64,000 bases of DNA from Candidatus Bathyarchaeia archaeon (GTDB lineage Archaea > Thermoproteota > Bathyarchaeia > 40CM-2-53-6), in assembly GCA_035656295.1 (NCBI GenBank), contig DASRSU010000008.1:983420-1047419 (forward strand), in the 5' to 3' direction. Positions within the stretch are counted from its first letter, which is position 1; every line of letters begins with the position of its first letter. The position numbers and the translations under genes were made by a program. The notes below the pieces were generated by a model. The model was not told where the DNA came from. It made no database searches and saw nothing but the letters and a program-made list of their open reading frames with translations. This document shows, one piece after another, positions 47,788 through 57,532 of this stretch.

Positions 47788-48221
47788 CAGAAGAGAGCAT
47801 AGTGACCGAGACATCGGTGATTGCAGCGTCAGAGGATCCAGCAGATGACAGAGGCTTCTGTCCTTCGTGCGGCGAAAAGCTCACTGAGTCATTCTACGAA
47901 CACACGACAGTTTTTCATTCACAGAACGGAGAAATCATCATTCTGAATAATCCTCTCTACGAGCTGGACTCGATACCTCTTGGCGCTGGCGTCTTCGTCC
48001 GATACTTGGACCATGTATTCTTCAAAAATGTAGAATCCGAGGCAGAGCAGCTTCCTCGAGAAATGAACGCAGCCGGCCTCCTGGACTACCAGGACGAAAG
48101 AGCTGTTCGTCTCAAATGGGAGCATTACGATCAGCCCAACGAATCCGGGACCTCCAGAACGAGGTCTACGGGTATCACCATCTTGAAGAGTACAATTCTT
48201 GAGGTCAGGAAGCTCTCGTGA
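47784..48221 (+). CDS. hypothetical protein with CPSCG zinc-ribbon motif
   Basis: ORF overlapping the integrase start by ~20 nt (operon-like). Confidence 0.3.
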   Translation: MTEESIVTETSVIAASEDPADDRGFCPSCGEKLTESFYEHTTVFHSQNGEIIILNNPLYELDSIPLGAGVFVRYLDHVFFKNVESEAEQLPREMNAAGLLDYQDERAVRLKWEHYDQPNESGTSRTRSTGITILKSTILEVRKLS

Positions 48222-49743
48222 AAATACCGGCTATCCGACCGGCTATCTTATTAGTCAGCATGATTCGACTGACGTCTTGAGGAAAAAACGAGTGCAGTCA
48301 AAAACTACACGTCAAACCACTGAACTAGTATTCCAGCAAAGACAGCTCCACGTTGAAGACATAGAATTCGTCAAGGCTCTCGGAAGAATAGATGGCACAA
48401 ACCTAGTGATCGAACGCAGCACGAAACAATATCGACTGAAGCAACCGATCACCGTCCCGCTCGACCAGGTGCTTGCACTTGGCCACAAGGGACTTGTCCG
48501 CTACATACTCGAAGGACTCACGTCAAGCAGGCCTTCACTGATTCCACTGATTGTTCAGAACAAGAGCCTGATAGAACTTGCGCGACATTTTCTGAGACGA
48601 TACAGCGGCAGCATCATGAGCCTCTACGCGTACACCAACACTGTCGCAGCCTACGCCAAGAGTTGGGATGCTACTCCGGACCAACTCATCACCGACGCGC
48701 GCAAGAACAAGAAGAGAATCAGTCACCATGAGAAAGCAATAGAAGAATACATTGCCCAACTCCAGGACGCGGGCAGGACACCTGGGCGAATACACGGTGT
48801 CGCGAAACAACTGCGCACCTGGTACCGATGCAACGGTGTCGAACTGAAACTGTCAACAGTACCAAGGCCCAAAGTCACCTACAAAGATCGGTCCCCAACG
48901 CAGCAAGAGCTAGCATTACTTCTTGACGCCGCGGACCTACGTGGAAAATGTGTGGTCAGTCTGCCGGCACTTGGAGGATTTCGAGAGACAACACTCAGCC
49001 TCCTAAAGTACCGACATGTCAGAGAAGACCTGGAGAAGGGACTTGACACGATCCACGTCCATGTTGAACGCGACATTGTGAAGGGGGAGTACGACTCCTA
49101 TGACACGTTCATTCGCGGCGAGGCCATACAATATTTGAAACAATATCTTGACGCTCGTCGAACAGGACGATTGGATCCCAGGATCAAACCCGAAACCATC
49201 ACTGACAATTCGCCGCTAATCAGGGACGCATTGTGGGACAAGACCCGCGGCTCGGATCAACCGAAACCGGTCGGACCCAAGGCAATCTACAAACTCGTCC
49301 ACGAACTCTTCGTCAAAACCGGACTTGTGAAGCCAGGCGACAAACACTACACGCTTCGATTTCACACATTCCGGAAATTCTTCAAGACCAACCTTGTAGC
49401 TGCAGGAGTTCCAGAAAGCCACGCGGACTATTTCCTGGGACATGTCAGTGATACATACAACCAAGTTCGAGATCTAGGAGTCGATAAGCTCAGAGCTAGC
49501 TATTCGAAAGGACAACTGGGCATTCGCCCACAATCACAACAGAACCTGACTAAGACACTGATCAGCTTGATCCAGGCAGCCGGCAAGGATCCGTCACAAT
49601 ACCTCAACAACAAAGCACTTTCAGAGCCTAACCGGGTAGCGTCAGAAAACCCAGACCAGCGTGACGCTAGAATACTGTTGTCAGAGCTCACGGACTACTT
49701 GATGCAACGCGTGCAACAACAGCGGCAACCCGTTAGTACCTGA
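48199..49743 (+). CDS. int: tyrosine recombinase/integrase
   Basis: C-terminal catalytic motifs HTLRFHTFRKFF (HxxR), ...YFLGHVSDTYN (H...Y). Ends 26 nt from the tRNA 3' end. Gene is intact, so not an SSV-type split integrase. Confidence 0.8.
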   Translation: MRSGSSRENTGYPTGYLISQHDSTDVLRKKRVQSKTTRQTTELVFQQRQLHVEDIEFVKALGRIDGTNLVIERSTKQYRLKQPITVPLDQVLALGHKGLVRYILEGLTSSRPSLIPLIVQNKSLIELARHFLRRYSGSIMSLYAYTNTVAAYAKSWDATPDQLITDARKNKKRISHHEKAIEEYIAQLQDAGRTPGRIHGVAKQLRTWYRCNGVELKLSTVPRPKVTYKDRSPTQQELALLLDAADLRGKCVVSLPALGGFRETTLSLLKYRHVREDLEKGLDTIHVHVERDIVKGEYDSYDTFIRGEAIQYLKQYLDARRTGRLDPRIKPETITDNSPLIRDALWDKTRGSDQPKPVGPKAIYKLVHELFVKTGLVKPGDKHYTLRFHTFRKFFKTNLVAAGVPESHADYFLGHVSDTYNQVRDLGVDKLRASYSKGQLGIRPQSQQNLTKTLISLIQAAGKDPSQYLNNKALSEPNRVASENPDQRDARILLSELTDYLMQRVQQQRQPVST

Positions 49744-49769
49744 ATACCCCAAGTGTCGCCATACGTATG

Positions 49770-49884
49770 TGGTGGGCCCGCCCGGATTCGAACCGGGGAC
49801 CGTCAGGTCTCTCAGTGTTTGACGTATGAGCCTGCCGCTCTCTCAGTCTCTTGACCGGGAGAAACCTGGCTGAGCTACGGGCCC
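49770..49884 (-). tRNA. tRNA gene (attachment target), 115 nt, intron-containing
   Basis: Acceptor GGGCCCG/CGGGCCC + A + CCA, D-arm GCTC-AGCCAGG..., T-arm CCCGG-TTCGAAT-CCGGG. Extra sequence in the D-loop and anticodon region implies an intron. Confidence 0.7.
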
Positions 49885-50036
49885 GCAAGTCCCAATAAAA
49901 CCAACTCAATTCTTAATGCTTTATCTCGGCCCGGGCCTCCTGTAACCAGTTTCTGCTCGGGAAGGTAACGATACAAGCATGAACGGAAGCTAGCTCTAAC
50001 CGTTGACAGCATTACTGACGAGTCTGGGTCTAGAAA

Positions 50037-50513
50037 ATGTTACGAGGCTTCTCAAAGAACAAGCGTGGCATAGATACCATTATCGCATCACTGCTCATGG
50101 TAGTCATAGTCGTCATTTCGTCAGTCATGGTCTACGCCTACGCGACCGGTCTCTTGGGCGCTTTAATGCAAGCACCCCAAGGCGTGAAAGAGTCCATGAG
50201 TCTCGAATACCCATTATTCTCTCCGAACAACAACAACGTAACACTGTATCTTCGCAATACCGGCTTCAGTCCCATTACAATTACCGGCTACTATGTGAGA
50301 GATGCGTACGGTAGCGGCTACGCAAAGTCCAGTTGGACCCAGGGCCCAACGTTCAACCCGACAACGATCGGGATAGGAAGCTTACTGATTTCCAATCTTT
50401 GCAGCGGATGCGCTAACACCGGGACTGCGTTTACGTTTCAGCCTGGGAACGCTTACACCGTGACACTCACAACTTCCAAGAACGCACAATTCTCCTTCAG
50501 CGTCGTTCGCTAG
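50037..50513 (+). CDS. archaeal type IV pilin-like protein (class III signal peptide)
   Basis: KNKRG followed by hydrophobic IDTIIASLLMVVIVVISSVMVYAY, matching a prepilin-peptidase class III signal. Confidence 0.5.
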   Translation: MLRGFSKNKRGIDTIIASLLMVVIVVISSVMVYAYATGLLGALMQAPQGVKESMSLEYPLFSPNNNNVTLYLRNTGFSPITITGYYVRDAYGSGYAKSSWTQGPTFNPTTIGIGSLLISNLCSGCANTGTAFTFQPGNAYTVTLTTSKNAQFSFSVVR

Positions 50514-50534
50514 ACACATTGGGCCTTACTAGAA

Positions 50535-51152
50535 TCACCCAGTAGTCTTGCATATGCCCGTGGGCGCCGGATAGGGATTACTAGCGATCCTAATATCCGG
50601 TGTCATCTCACCGTTACTAGTAGAGTGATAGATAGCAACGTAGTCGGCACATCCCTCGGCCAGTTTGAATACCGAACTCTGGATTGAAGTGGTAGCGTCA
50701 ATCCTGTCATATGATCCCGACACGCATGATATTCTCCCGTTGCAGTAGGCGAATTGCATATACTGCGGAAGTGTCAGGAAGTACACGCCAACCGGGACCG
50801 TACTCGTGAAAGTAACGAAATAATCGAAAGTATCTGGGACACCTCCTTCCCTCCAGCCTGTAGAATTAATCGTACAAACGCGACTGCTGGTACCACAACT
50901 ATTCCATAGGGGTTGGTATGGCGGTGGTGGGATCGAACTCGGAGGCGGGTCAAGGCTGGAGGGTGGGGGTGGAACGATTCTAGGAGCATTCACTCCGCGG
51001 AAAAAGGTGAATCCAGCAGAAGACACGGCTAATCCGAGGAAGAGAGCCAACAATATGACTACAACAAACAGAATCCCTATCACAACAACGTATGGCGTCC
51101 TGCTGGGTGTGGGTTCCATTATCGGTTGAAGGGCGACCTTCATGAGACACAC
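50535..51152 (-). CDS. membrane-anchored Pro-rich/Cys-rich extracellular protein
   Basis: TM anchor, PPPPSSLDPPPSSIPPPP linker and an 8-Cys domain. Confidence 0.35.
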   Translation of the reverse strand: MCLMKVALQPIMEPTPSRTPYVVVIGILFVVVILLALFLGLAVSSAGFTFFRGVNAPRIVPPPPSSLDPPPSSIPPPPYQPLWNSCGTSSRVCTINSTGWREGGVPDTFDYFVTFTSTVPVGVYFLTLPQYMQFAYCNGRISCVSGSYDRIDATTSIQSSVFKLAEGCADYVAIYHSTSNGEMTPDIRIASNPYPAPTGICKTTG

Positions 51153-51287
51153 ATGGAAGTCAAGCTAGATATAAACAGGAACGGTCGCCGCATTGAGACT
51201 TGATCAAATCCGAAGGCATCGATTCGATTTCCAATCTTTAATAGACTGATTTTATCCTCGTTCGAATCGCCGCCGGCTAAGATAAAG

Positions 51288-51432
51288 CGGGCCGCCGTTC
51301 TCCTCGTTGGAGGGCGCGAGCTCAGTGGTAGAGCAGCGGACTCAGCAAACCCTGAGGCTGTAGCTGTTAAGGAATCCACTGCAGCAACCCGTTGGTCAGA
51401 GCGTGTTGGCATACGCGGCCAAAGGTTCGAAC
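51288..51432 (+). tRNA. tRNA gene with atypical extra sequence (intron(s)); canonical D-arm AGCTCAGTGGTAGAGC and T-loop GGTTCGAACC
   Basis: 3' acceptor CGGCGGC-G-CCA pairs with GCCGCCG at 51288; internal structure unresolved by eye. Confidence 0.4.
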
Positions 51433-51664
51433 CCTCTCGGCGGCGCCAATCATCCCACTTTCAAATTAGAAACTCCACATCAGAGGGCCATCGTTCTTCG
51501 AACGAAGCAGTTGTAATCAACAATGGTCCTGATCGCTTTCGGTGATGGACTGTGCTTGGAGCTACTAGCTACGAATAGCGAGTAACAGTACGACTAATAA
51601 CCCGGCCAGCCAAAACTCTAGAGAGTAGACGTTCCGCAATTAGAGCTAGTGTCCGGCTAAGCAT

Positions 51665-51976
51665 ATGAAACTGAACCAGGCACCGTCGGGCGAGATACAA
51701 GTACTAGACTCAGGGTTCACCGACCAGGTAGTCCTCGACACCGTGAACGAAGACGTCCTACGAATCAAAGCCGTCATCTGCAATTCGTTAAATGACCTGA
51801 ATAGGTTGTACTTCGTGGACAGGGCATTGTACGCGAATACTCCGCAAATGCCAATGTACTATGAGTTTACTCCGGGAAAGATACGTTTGATGAGGACACC
51901 AGTAGTGATCTCTGATGTCAAGCTCTACTGTGTAGAGAAAGTCTGGGGCGTTCACACACTGAGAATAACACGCTAG
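51665..51976 (+). CDS. hypothetical protein
   Basis: ORF only. Confidence 0.3.
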   Translation: MKLNQAPSGEIQVLDSGFTDQVVLDTVNEDVLRIKAVICNSLNDLNRLYFVDRALYANTPQMPMYYEFTPGKIRLMRTPVVISDVKLYCVEKVWGVHTLRITR

Positions 51977-52000
51977 CTGGATCCATACCCACCGAGCGGG

Positions 52001-52342
52001 CTAGCCGGTTTTTTCTAGTATGATCTCAATTGTCGACACGTTGCGTGTCTCGCCTTCTTCCCCCAAAACCTCTGAACCGATCTTGACTTCCTTGATGTTC
52101 ACTTTTCCTTGGAAGAATCTTCGGCGGACGACTTCTACAACGTCGACGGCGTGACTGATCGATTTTCCGCGTGCTTTGACCGTTAACTGCTTCTGGCCCA
52201 TGTTGAAGTGCATCATTACCGCAGTTGCATAAGCCATCAAAGGCTTCTTCCCGATGAACACAGTGTCTGCTGGAATTGTGCTACGAGGTTTCACGCTTGC
52301 TGTCTTTCCTTCCTCGCTGATCCGTTCGTGTTGTTGGCCCAT
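52001..52342 (-). CDS. albA: Alba DNA/RNA-binding protein
   Basis: [20 protein letters not shown]...[21 protein letters not shown] is a typical Alba sequence. Confidence 0.85.
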   Translation of the reverse strand: MGQQHERISEEGKTASVKPRSTIPADTVFIGKKPLMAYATAVMMHFNMGQKQLTVKARGKSISHAVDVVEVVRRRFFQGKVNIKEVKIGSEVLGEEGETRNVSTIEIILEKTG

Positions 52343-52495
52343 GTACGACGTTCACTTCTTAGTAGCTTGCTATAGCTCTAAGGTCCGAGAGCTGTCTAGT
52401 AATGTCTTAAGGCTTGCTAATGGGAATAGAAAAAGTTGAGATAAGAAAGAAAAGAGGGAGAGAGGAAAAACGCCCGAGCAGGGATTTTTTGTTTA

Positions 52496-53596
52496 CTAGA
52501 GGATTTCGCGCGTGAGTGCCTCTCTAAACTTGACACGACAGTCTTGGCACTGGAAGAGTCCAATTAGTACGTTCTTCTTCGACTTTCCGCCCTTCAGTTC
52601 CCAGACCTTGGCCGGCTTCGGTACGTCAGCACCACACTTTGGACAGACTACTTTGTAGAACTGGCTTGGCAGAGTTAGCTCCGTCTTTGAAAGGTCAGGG
52701 CTCGCAGGTACGCTGGGCACAGTCTCGGTTGTAGGTATTGCTGTTTGCACTTGTGAAACGTCTGGGCTCACCATCGTTGAAGACGTTTCGATTGCAGGTA
52801 CGTCGTCCACTACTTTTACGACTAGCGCGTCCGCGACATCTTCCGCAGCGTCAGCGTTCGCAGTTGACTCGTCGAATACTGGTCCAATGTCAGCGCTCAC
52901 GGTTGGCACTGTAAACGAAGATGGAGTCCAGGCTTGAACGGGGGCCTCTGGCGTGACCGTGGCTGGGGCGTTATTGGTTTCCGGGTTGGGGAAGGATGTG
53001 CCGTTAGTCTGTGGCTGGATCTGCGGTGATGGGCTTGCCTGACCACCGATGTCCGCTACGATGCGTTGAGGAAGAGTCGGCGCCGTGGGGATCATTGGGG
53101 TAGATATTGGTGGCGATTGCAGGGACGAGTTTGTTGCGGGAACAAAGACGGATGGCTTGTCTGGTATCGTTTTTGTCCAAACATCAGCTGTCAAGGGTTT
53201 CGGTGCTATCGCGGGATAGTTTTGCTTGAACTCTGCGGGTGCGAGGGGTTTGGTCTCGATGTGGGATAGTACGTCTATCATCTGTCTGATGTCTTCGATG
53301 CTCTTGAGGTTTCTTTGTAAGAGTCCCTTGAATTCTTCGCGTTGCGCGCGGTATTCTGACTCGTTCACTTCTCCGGTGACGTATTTTGTTTCGAGGTTCA
53401 GCAATCGTTGTGGAGTGTTGGCAATCTGGTCCTTTGTCTCTTTGAGATGGTCGTTCAGTGTATAGCCCAGGACGTTGATCCTGTCTTGCAGGTCTTGGGA
53501 TGCTCTTCCATAATCCTCGTGGATTGTTCGCATTTTTTCCTTGTAGCCGTTGATTTCACTGATCAGTTTCTCTAAGGTTAGGTCGTTTAGTCCCAT
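52496..53596 (-). CDS. coiled-coil protein with Pro/Thr/Ser-rich linker and C-terminal zinc ribbon
   Basis: Heptad-like N-terminus, low-complexity middle, CPKCGA...CQDCRV. Confidence 0.4.
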   Translation of the reverse strand: MGLNDLTLEKLISEINGYKEKMRTIHEDYGRASQDLQDRINVLGYTLNDHLKETKDQIANTPQRLLNLETKYVTGEVNESEYRAQREEFKGLLQRNLKSIEDIRQMIDVLSHIETKPLAPAEFKQNYPAIAPKPLTADVWTKTIPDKPSVFVPATNSSLQSPPISTPMIPTAPTLPQRIVADIGGQASPSPQIQPQTNGTSFPNPETNNAPATVTPEAPVQAWTPSSFTVPTVSADIGPVFDESTANADAAEDVADALVVKVVDDVPAIETSSTMVSPDVSQVQTAIPTTETVPSVPASPDLSKTELTLPSQFYKVVCPKCGADVPKPAKVWELKGGKSKKNVLIGLFQCQDCRVKFREALTREIL

Positions 53597-53992
53597 TTTT
53601 TTCTCCTAGGGAATTCCTGTCTACTGGGTGAAATGGTAAAAGGATTCGAAGCCGCAAAACGCCAAAAATCAACTGTCTAAAGCAAGGATAACGACTGCAG
53701 ATAACAACGGCGTTGTCAAGTAGTCCAATAGAAACATTGAGGTTTTAACTTGCTGTGCTAGAGCAAAATTGGGTAAAACACAACAAATCAACCATTTTTC
53801 GTTTCGCATATAAACCAAAACCGTGTTGTGGCCCCCACAAGAGACTGGTCTCTTTACTGTTACAATCCCACAACCTATTGCGTGCACTAGAATCCTGATC
53901 ATCTGCTTGTAGCGAAACCACACCTCAACGTGTCAAGAACTCACTTTGCGAATTGCCCTGTCAAACGAGCGTTTAGAGGAAGAAGATAGACA

Positions 53993-54649
53993 ATGTCCTA
54001 CAAGTCCTTGAAGAACTGGGAGAGGGGCCAATCGTCGCCTCTACTCTCAAGAATAGGTGAACGCGTCCACCACCAAGAACCGCTCAAAGAGAGAATATCG
54101 CAGTGCATGTACAGGCTCAAAGTACAACAGAACCGGCTCGAAGGAGCCAACCTGAAAACTCAACAACACGACAAGATGCTCTTCGATAAGTGCGTCCAGG
54201 CCCAGATGTCTAAGGACACAGCGCGAAGCACAATGTACGCCAACGAGATCGCAGAGATCCGCAAAATGGCCAAGGTTACCATGCGAAGCGAACTCGCAAT
54301 CGAACAAGTAGTCCTCCGCCTCGAAACCATCCAAGAATTCGGAGATGTAGCTGCAACGATGGGGCCAATCGCAGGAGTCGTCAGCGCTATCAAGAACCAG
54401 GTCCAGGGAGTAATTCCACAAGTCGGCTACGAGCTCGGAGAAATATCGGAAGCGCTCAACGGTGTAGTCATCGAGGTCGGCGAAGCCACTGGCACGAGCT
54501 ACGATCTTGAGACTTCTGGCATGGAGGCACAGAAGATCCTGACCGAAGCGAACACCATAGCAGAAACTCGGATGCGTGAAAAATTCCCGGAGTTACCCTC
54601 GCCAGCAGGCGTCTACGAACGCCCTGCTGAGCCAGTATTACCGAGGTAG
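53993..54649 (+). CDS. cdvB: CdvB (ESCRT-III/Snf7-like) paralog 1
   Basis: Snf7-like helical core conserved with the other two paralogs (YANEIAEIRKMAKVTMRSELAIEQVVLRLETIQEFGD). Confidence 0.8.
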   Translation: MSYKSLKNWERGQSSPLLSRIGERVHHQEPLKERISQCMYRLKVQQNRLEGANLKTQQHDKMLFDKCVQAQMSKDTARSTMYANEIAEIRKMAKVTMRSELAIEQVVLRLETIQEFGDVAATMGPIAGVVSAIKNQVQGVIPQVGYELGEISEALNGVVIEVGEATGTSYDLETSGMEAQKILTEANTIAETRMREKFPELPSPAGVYERPAEPVLPR

Positions 54650-54682
54650 GAGGATAACTCCACCCAATTTTTTCATGAGGAC

Positions 54683-55399
54683 ATGAAAATGATTGCCTTA
54701 GACCAAGTTAGAAGATTTCTCGGACGATCGCTCCAAGATCCATACGGGAGGACGTTCGGCAAGGTTGTCGGTATCTCCGCGAGTCTCAAAGACGAGGTTA
54801 CAGCAGTAGGAATCGAAGTAGGCAACGGTGAATTTGCCCAGTGTCCCGGAGACCGGATAACGATCAACGGAGACAACCTGGTCCTTGCGCCGGCTTGGAA
54901 GATTGAAGCTGAAGAGTTCCGAAAGGAATTCGACATCGTAACTAGGCGTCTCAAAGCTCTCGACGAGCTGTTCAGTCTCGGAGACATCCAGAAGGACGTC
55001 TATGAGGATCTTAGGAAACAGCACGAGGATGCAATCAACGAGCTGAAGTCGAAAAGGGAACAGTTACTTCAAATTCTGTCAGAACGCACCGGCACTCTAA
55101 CCACGCAGCTCCGACAGCTCCAGACTCACCTTGCAGGAAACAAGATGCTCCATTCCTCTGGAGAGTTTGATGATGACAATTACAAGGCGGCCAGCGACGC
55201 GATAGAAATCGGCCTCATACGCGCCACTGCGGAAAGGAAGGATGTCGACTCGATCTTCAGCTACCTGTCCAAGCTCGACTCGACCCCGTCAAGGTTCGTG
55301 CCTTCGCCTCAGCAAATACCAGTCCAGACTCAGTCTCAACCCGCGTCCCAGACCCAATCCCAGGGACAGGTTATGGTACTCCACGTGAGAGAGACCTAG
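54683..55399 (+). CDS. cdvA: CdvA (PRC-barrel N-domain plus coiled coil) paralog 1
   Basis: PRC-barrel-like N-terminus (FLGRSLQDPYGRTFGKVVGI) followed by a long coiled coil, the thaumarchaeal CdvA architecture. Confidence 0.75.
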   Translation: MKMIALDQVRRFLGRSLQDPYGRTFGKVVGISASLKDEVTAVGIEVGNGEFAQCPGDRITINGDNLVLAPAWKIEAEEFRKEFDIVTRRLKALDELFSLGDIQKDVYEDLRKQHEDAINELKSKREQLLQILSERTGTLTTQLRQLQTHLAGNKMLHSSGEFDDDNYKAASDAIEIGLIRATAERKDVDSIFSYLSKLDSTPSRFVPSPQQIPVQTQSQPASQTQSQGQVMVLHVRET

Positions 55400-55513
55400 G
55401 AGCTGAAGAGCCTGTTTCGGAAGCTAGAGGAGAGAGTTCACCCGATACCGCTCAAGGAGCGGATAAACCAGGCACTTTTCCGACTCTCCAGCCAGAAAGA
55501 CAAACTGGAGCAC

Positions 55514-56212
55514 ATGTCCGCACGGCTCCAGCAGCGGGACAAGGAAATGTTCCAAAGATGCATTGGAGCGCAATTGTCCAAGGACAACGCTCACGCCGCC
55601 CTCTACGCAAACGAGTGTGCCGAGATACGCAAGATGGCGCACATTACCCTCAGCAGCGAGCTTGCACTGGAAAGAGTAGTTCTCCGTCTACAAACCATCG
55701 AGGAATTTGGAGACATCATGGCCCAGATCGCACCTGTAATAGGCGTTGTACGCGAGACTCGCGGAAGGATAGCGGGAGTAATTCCCGAAGTTGCCACCGA
55801 ACTCGGCGAAGTGAACAACATGCTCAGCGACATGAGCCTCGAAACCGGCGAAGTCCAAGACCAGGAACTCGACATGGGAGCCTCAAGCGCCGAAGCGAAG
55901 AAAGTATTGGAAGAGTCTAGTACGATCGCATCACAACAGATGAGAGAGAGATTCCCGGAGCTGCCGATGCCTGAGTCTCGTCAGCCTACTCCCGCGAAGA
56001 GTGACGCACCAGAAGCGAAGATCCCCGTTGCCATAACCTCCGGCGGATACGAAGAGGCTCTTCCCATCGAAGATAGGCTCCTCGACTATATCAAAAGCCA
56101 CGACGGCGAACTAAGTGTCAACTCCTGCTCCGCGGAACTTTCGATTTCTACAAACGACATTAGACGGTCACTCCAGAAGCTCAAGGATGATGGAAGAATA
56201 GTAATGGACTAG
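55514..56212 (+). CDS. cdvB: CdvB paralog 2 with C-terminal winged-helix domain
   Basis: Snf7 core plus C-terminal wH (LLDYIKSHDGELSVNSCSAELSISTNDIRRSLQKLKDDGRIVMD). Conserved N-terminal helix continues in frame upstream to the cdvA stop at 55397-55399, with no canonical start. Confidence 0.8.
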   Translation: MSARLQQRDKEMFQRCIGAQLSKDNAHAALYANECAEIRKMAHITLSSELALERVVLRLQTIEEFGDIMAQIAPVIGVVRETRGRIAGVIPEVATELGEVNNMLSDMSLETGEVQDQELDMGASSAEAKKVLEESSTIASQQMRERFPELPMPESRQPTPAKSDAPEAKIPVAITSGGYEEALPIEDRLLDYIKSHDGELSVNSCSAELSISTNDIRRSLQKLKDDGRIVMD

Positions 56213-56428
56213 AACCAGCCACGCCAAAAGCGAACAGTTCCAGTCTCATCGGGGGAGTCACACATCTCGGCTTCTGAAGAGCTTGAATCTCTAGCCGTAA
56301 GATACGCGAAAGAAGCGATTGAGCTAGAAAAGAAAGGATCCAAAAGGCTTGCGGCCACAAAGTACCAGCGAGCAGTAGAGGTACTGCTGAAACTCTGCTC
56401 ACTCTATCCCTCAGCTCCCCAGAACAAG

Positions 56429-57412
56429 GTGTACATGGAACACGCAGAGGTTTATCGGAAGAGGATCCAAGAACTATCCGCAGACCAGGAACCCATTCAA
56501 CACCCTTCGGACTCGACTGAGACCAAGGACTCGAAGAACATCAAGTTCGACCAGTGGGTCTTAACCGAAAAGCCGGACATCACATGGGACGACATTGCAG
56601 ATCTCGAAAAGCCGAAGCGAGCCATCGAAGAGTCAATAATATTCCCGGTGCGTCGGCCCGATCTGTTCCCGCTCGGCTGGCCTCGTGGAATACTATTCTT
56701 TGGACCACCTGGATGCGGTAAGACGCTGCTGGCAGCTGCGATTGCGAGCGAGATCAAGGGCGTATTCTTCTGCGCTGACGCAGCATCCTTGATGTCGAAA
56801 TGGCTGGGAGAGTCCGAACGAAACGTCTCACAACTGTTCACGAAAGCACGGGAAAACGCGGAGAATGGTCAACCTGCAATTGTGTTCATCGACGAGATAG
56901 ACTCTCTGATGGGAGTGCGCGGCGAGGAAGTTGGGGGAGAAGTCAGGGTAAGAAACCAGTTCCTGAAAGAAATGGACGGAATACTTGACAAGAACAAGAA
57001 CCAGCACGTGTACTTGATAGGCGCTACGAACAAGCCTTGGGTTCTCGACGAGCCCTTCATCCGACGGTTCCAGAAACGAATCTACGTGCCACTACCAGAC
57101 GTCAAAGCAAGAATGGACATGTTCCAGATCTATGCCGAGGATTTGAAGTTCGACAACAATGTGGACATGGCCCAGCTTGCAAGGCTGACAGAAGGATATT
57201 CTGGCGGCGACATTCGAGACCTCTTCCAGGCCACTCAGCTCAAGGTAGTTCGAGATTTCTTCCAACATGGAAAGGCAACTGATCCAATTGCCATACCAGA
57301 CCCAATAACGATGGAGGACTTCCAGGCGATTCTGACGACTCGTCGTCCAAGCGTCTCAACTGGGATTCTGAAGCGGTACTACGACTGGGACGAATCGTTC
57401 AAGGCGTTATGA
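56429..57412 (+). CDS. cdvC: CdvC/Vps4 AAA+ ATPase
   Basis: Walker A GPPGCGKT and AAA core. The MIT three-helix bundle continues in frame upstream of the GTG at 56429 back to ~56260, with no ATG/GTG/TTG. Confidence 0.85.
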   Translation: MYMEHAEVYRKRIQELSADQEPIQHPSDSTETKDSKNIKFDQWVLTEKPDITWDDIADLEKPKRAIEESIIFPVRRPDLFPLGWPRGILFFGPPGCGKTLLAAAIASEIKGVFFCADAASLMSKWLGESERNVSQLFTKARENAENGQPAIVFIDEIDSLMGVRGEEVGGEVRVRNQFLKEMDGILDKNKNQHVYLIGATNKPWVLDEPFIRRFQKRIYVPLPDVKARMDMFQIYAEDLKFDNNVDMAQLARLTEGYSGGDIRDLFQATQLKVVRDFFQHGKATDPIAIPDPITMEDFQAILTTRRPSVSTGILKRYYDWDESFKAL

Positions 57413-57532
57413 GGAGGACTGCACACGCTGAACCTTGACGGTACTGATCTTCGCATCCTCGCAGAGCTTGTAGAGAATTCGAAGCAGTCGTATGTAGAAA
57501 TCGGACGAAAACTCGCGCTACACCCTAACGTC

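Larger units (their letters stand above)
36971..49789. mobile_element. integrated element (~12.8 kb; candidate provirus or integrative plasmid) in the 3' end of a tRNA gene
   Basis: Perfect 20-bp direct repeat TGGTGGGCCCGCCCGGATTC at 36971-36990 and 49770-49789 (the latter is the tRNA 3' end). Tyrosine integrase adjacent to the tRNA. Cargo is entirely hypothetical, regulatory or replicative genes, mostly on the minus strand. Confidence 0.75.

Noticed and set aside
54650-57412. Literal CdvA-CdvB-CdvC-Lrp readthrough polyprotein
   Set aside because: The frames are contiguous, but a fusion of these four proteins has no biological precedent. Missing start codons from errors or non-canonical initiation are more parsimonious, so it is kept only as an alternative in the findings.
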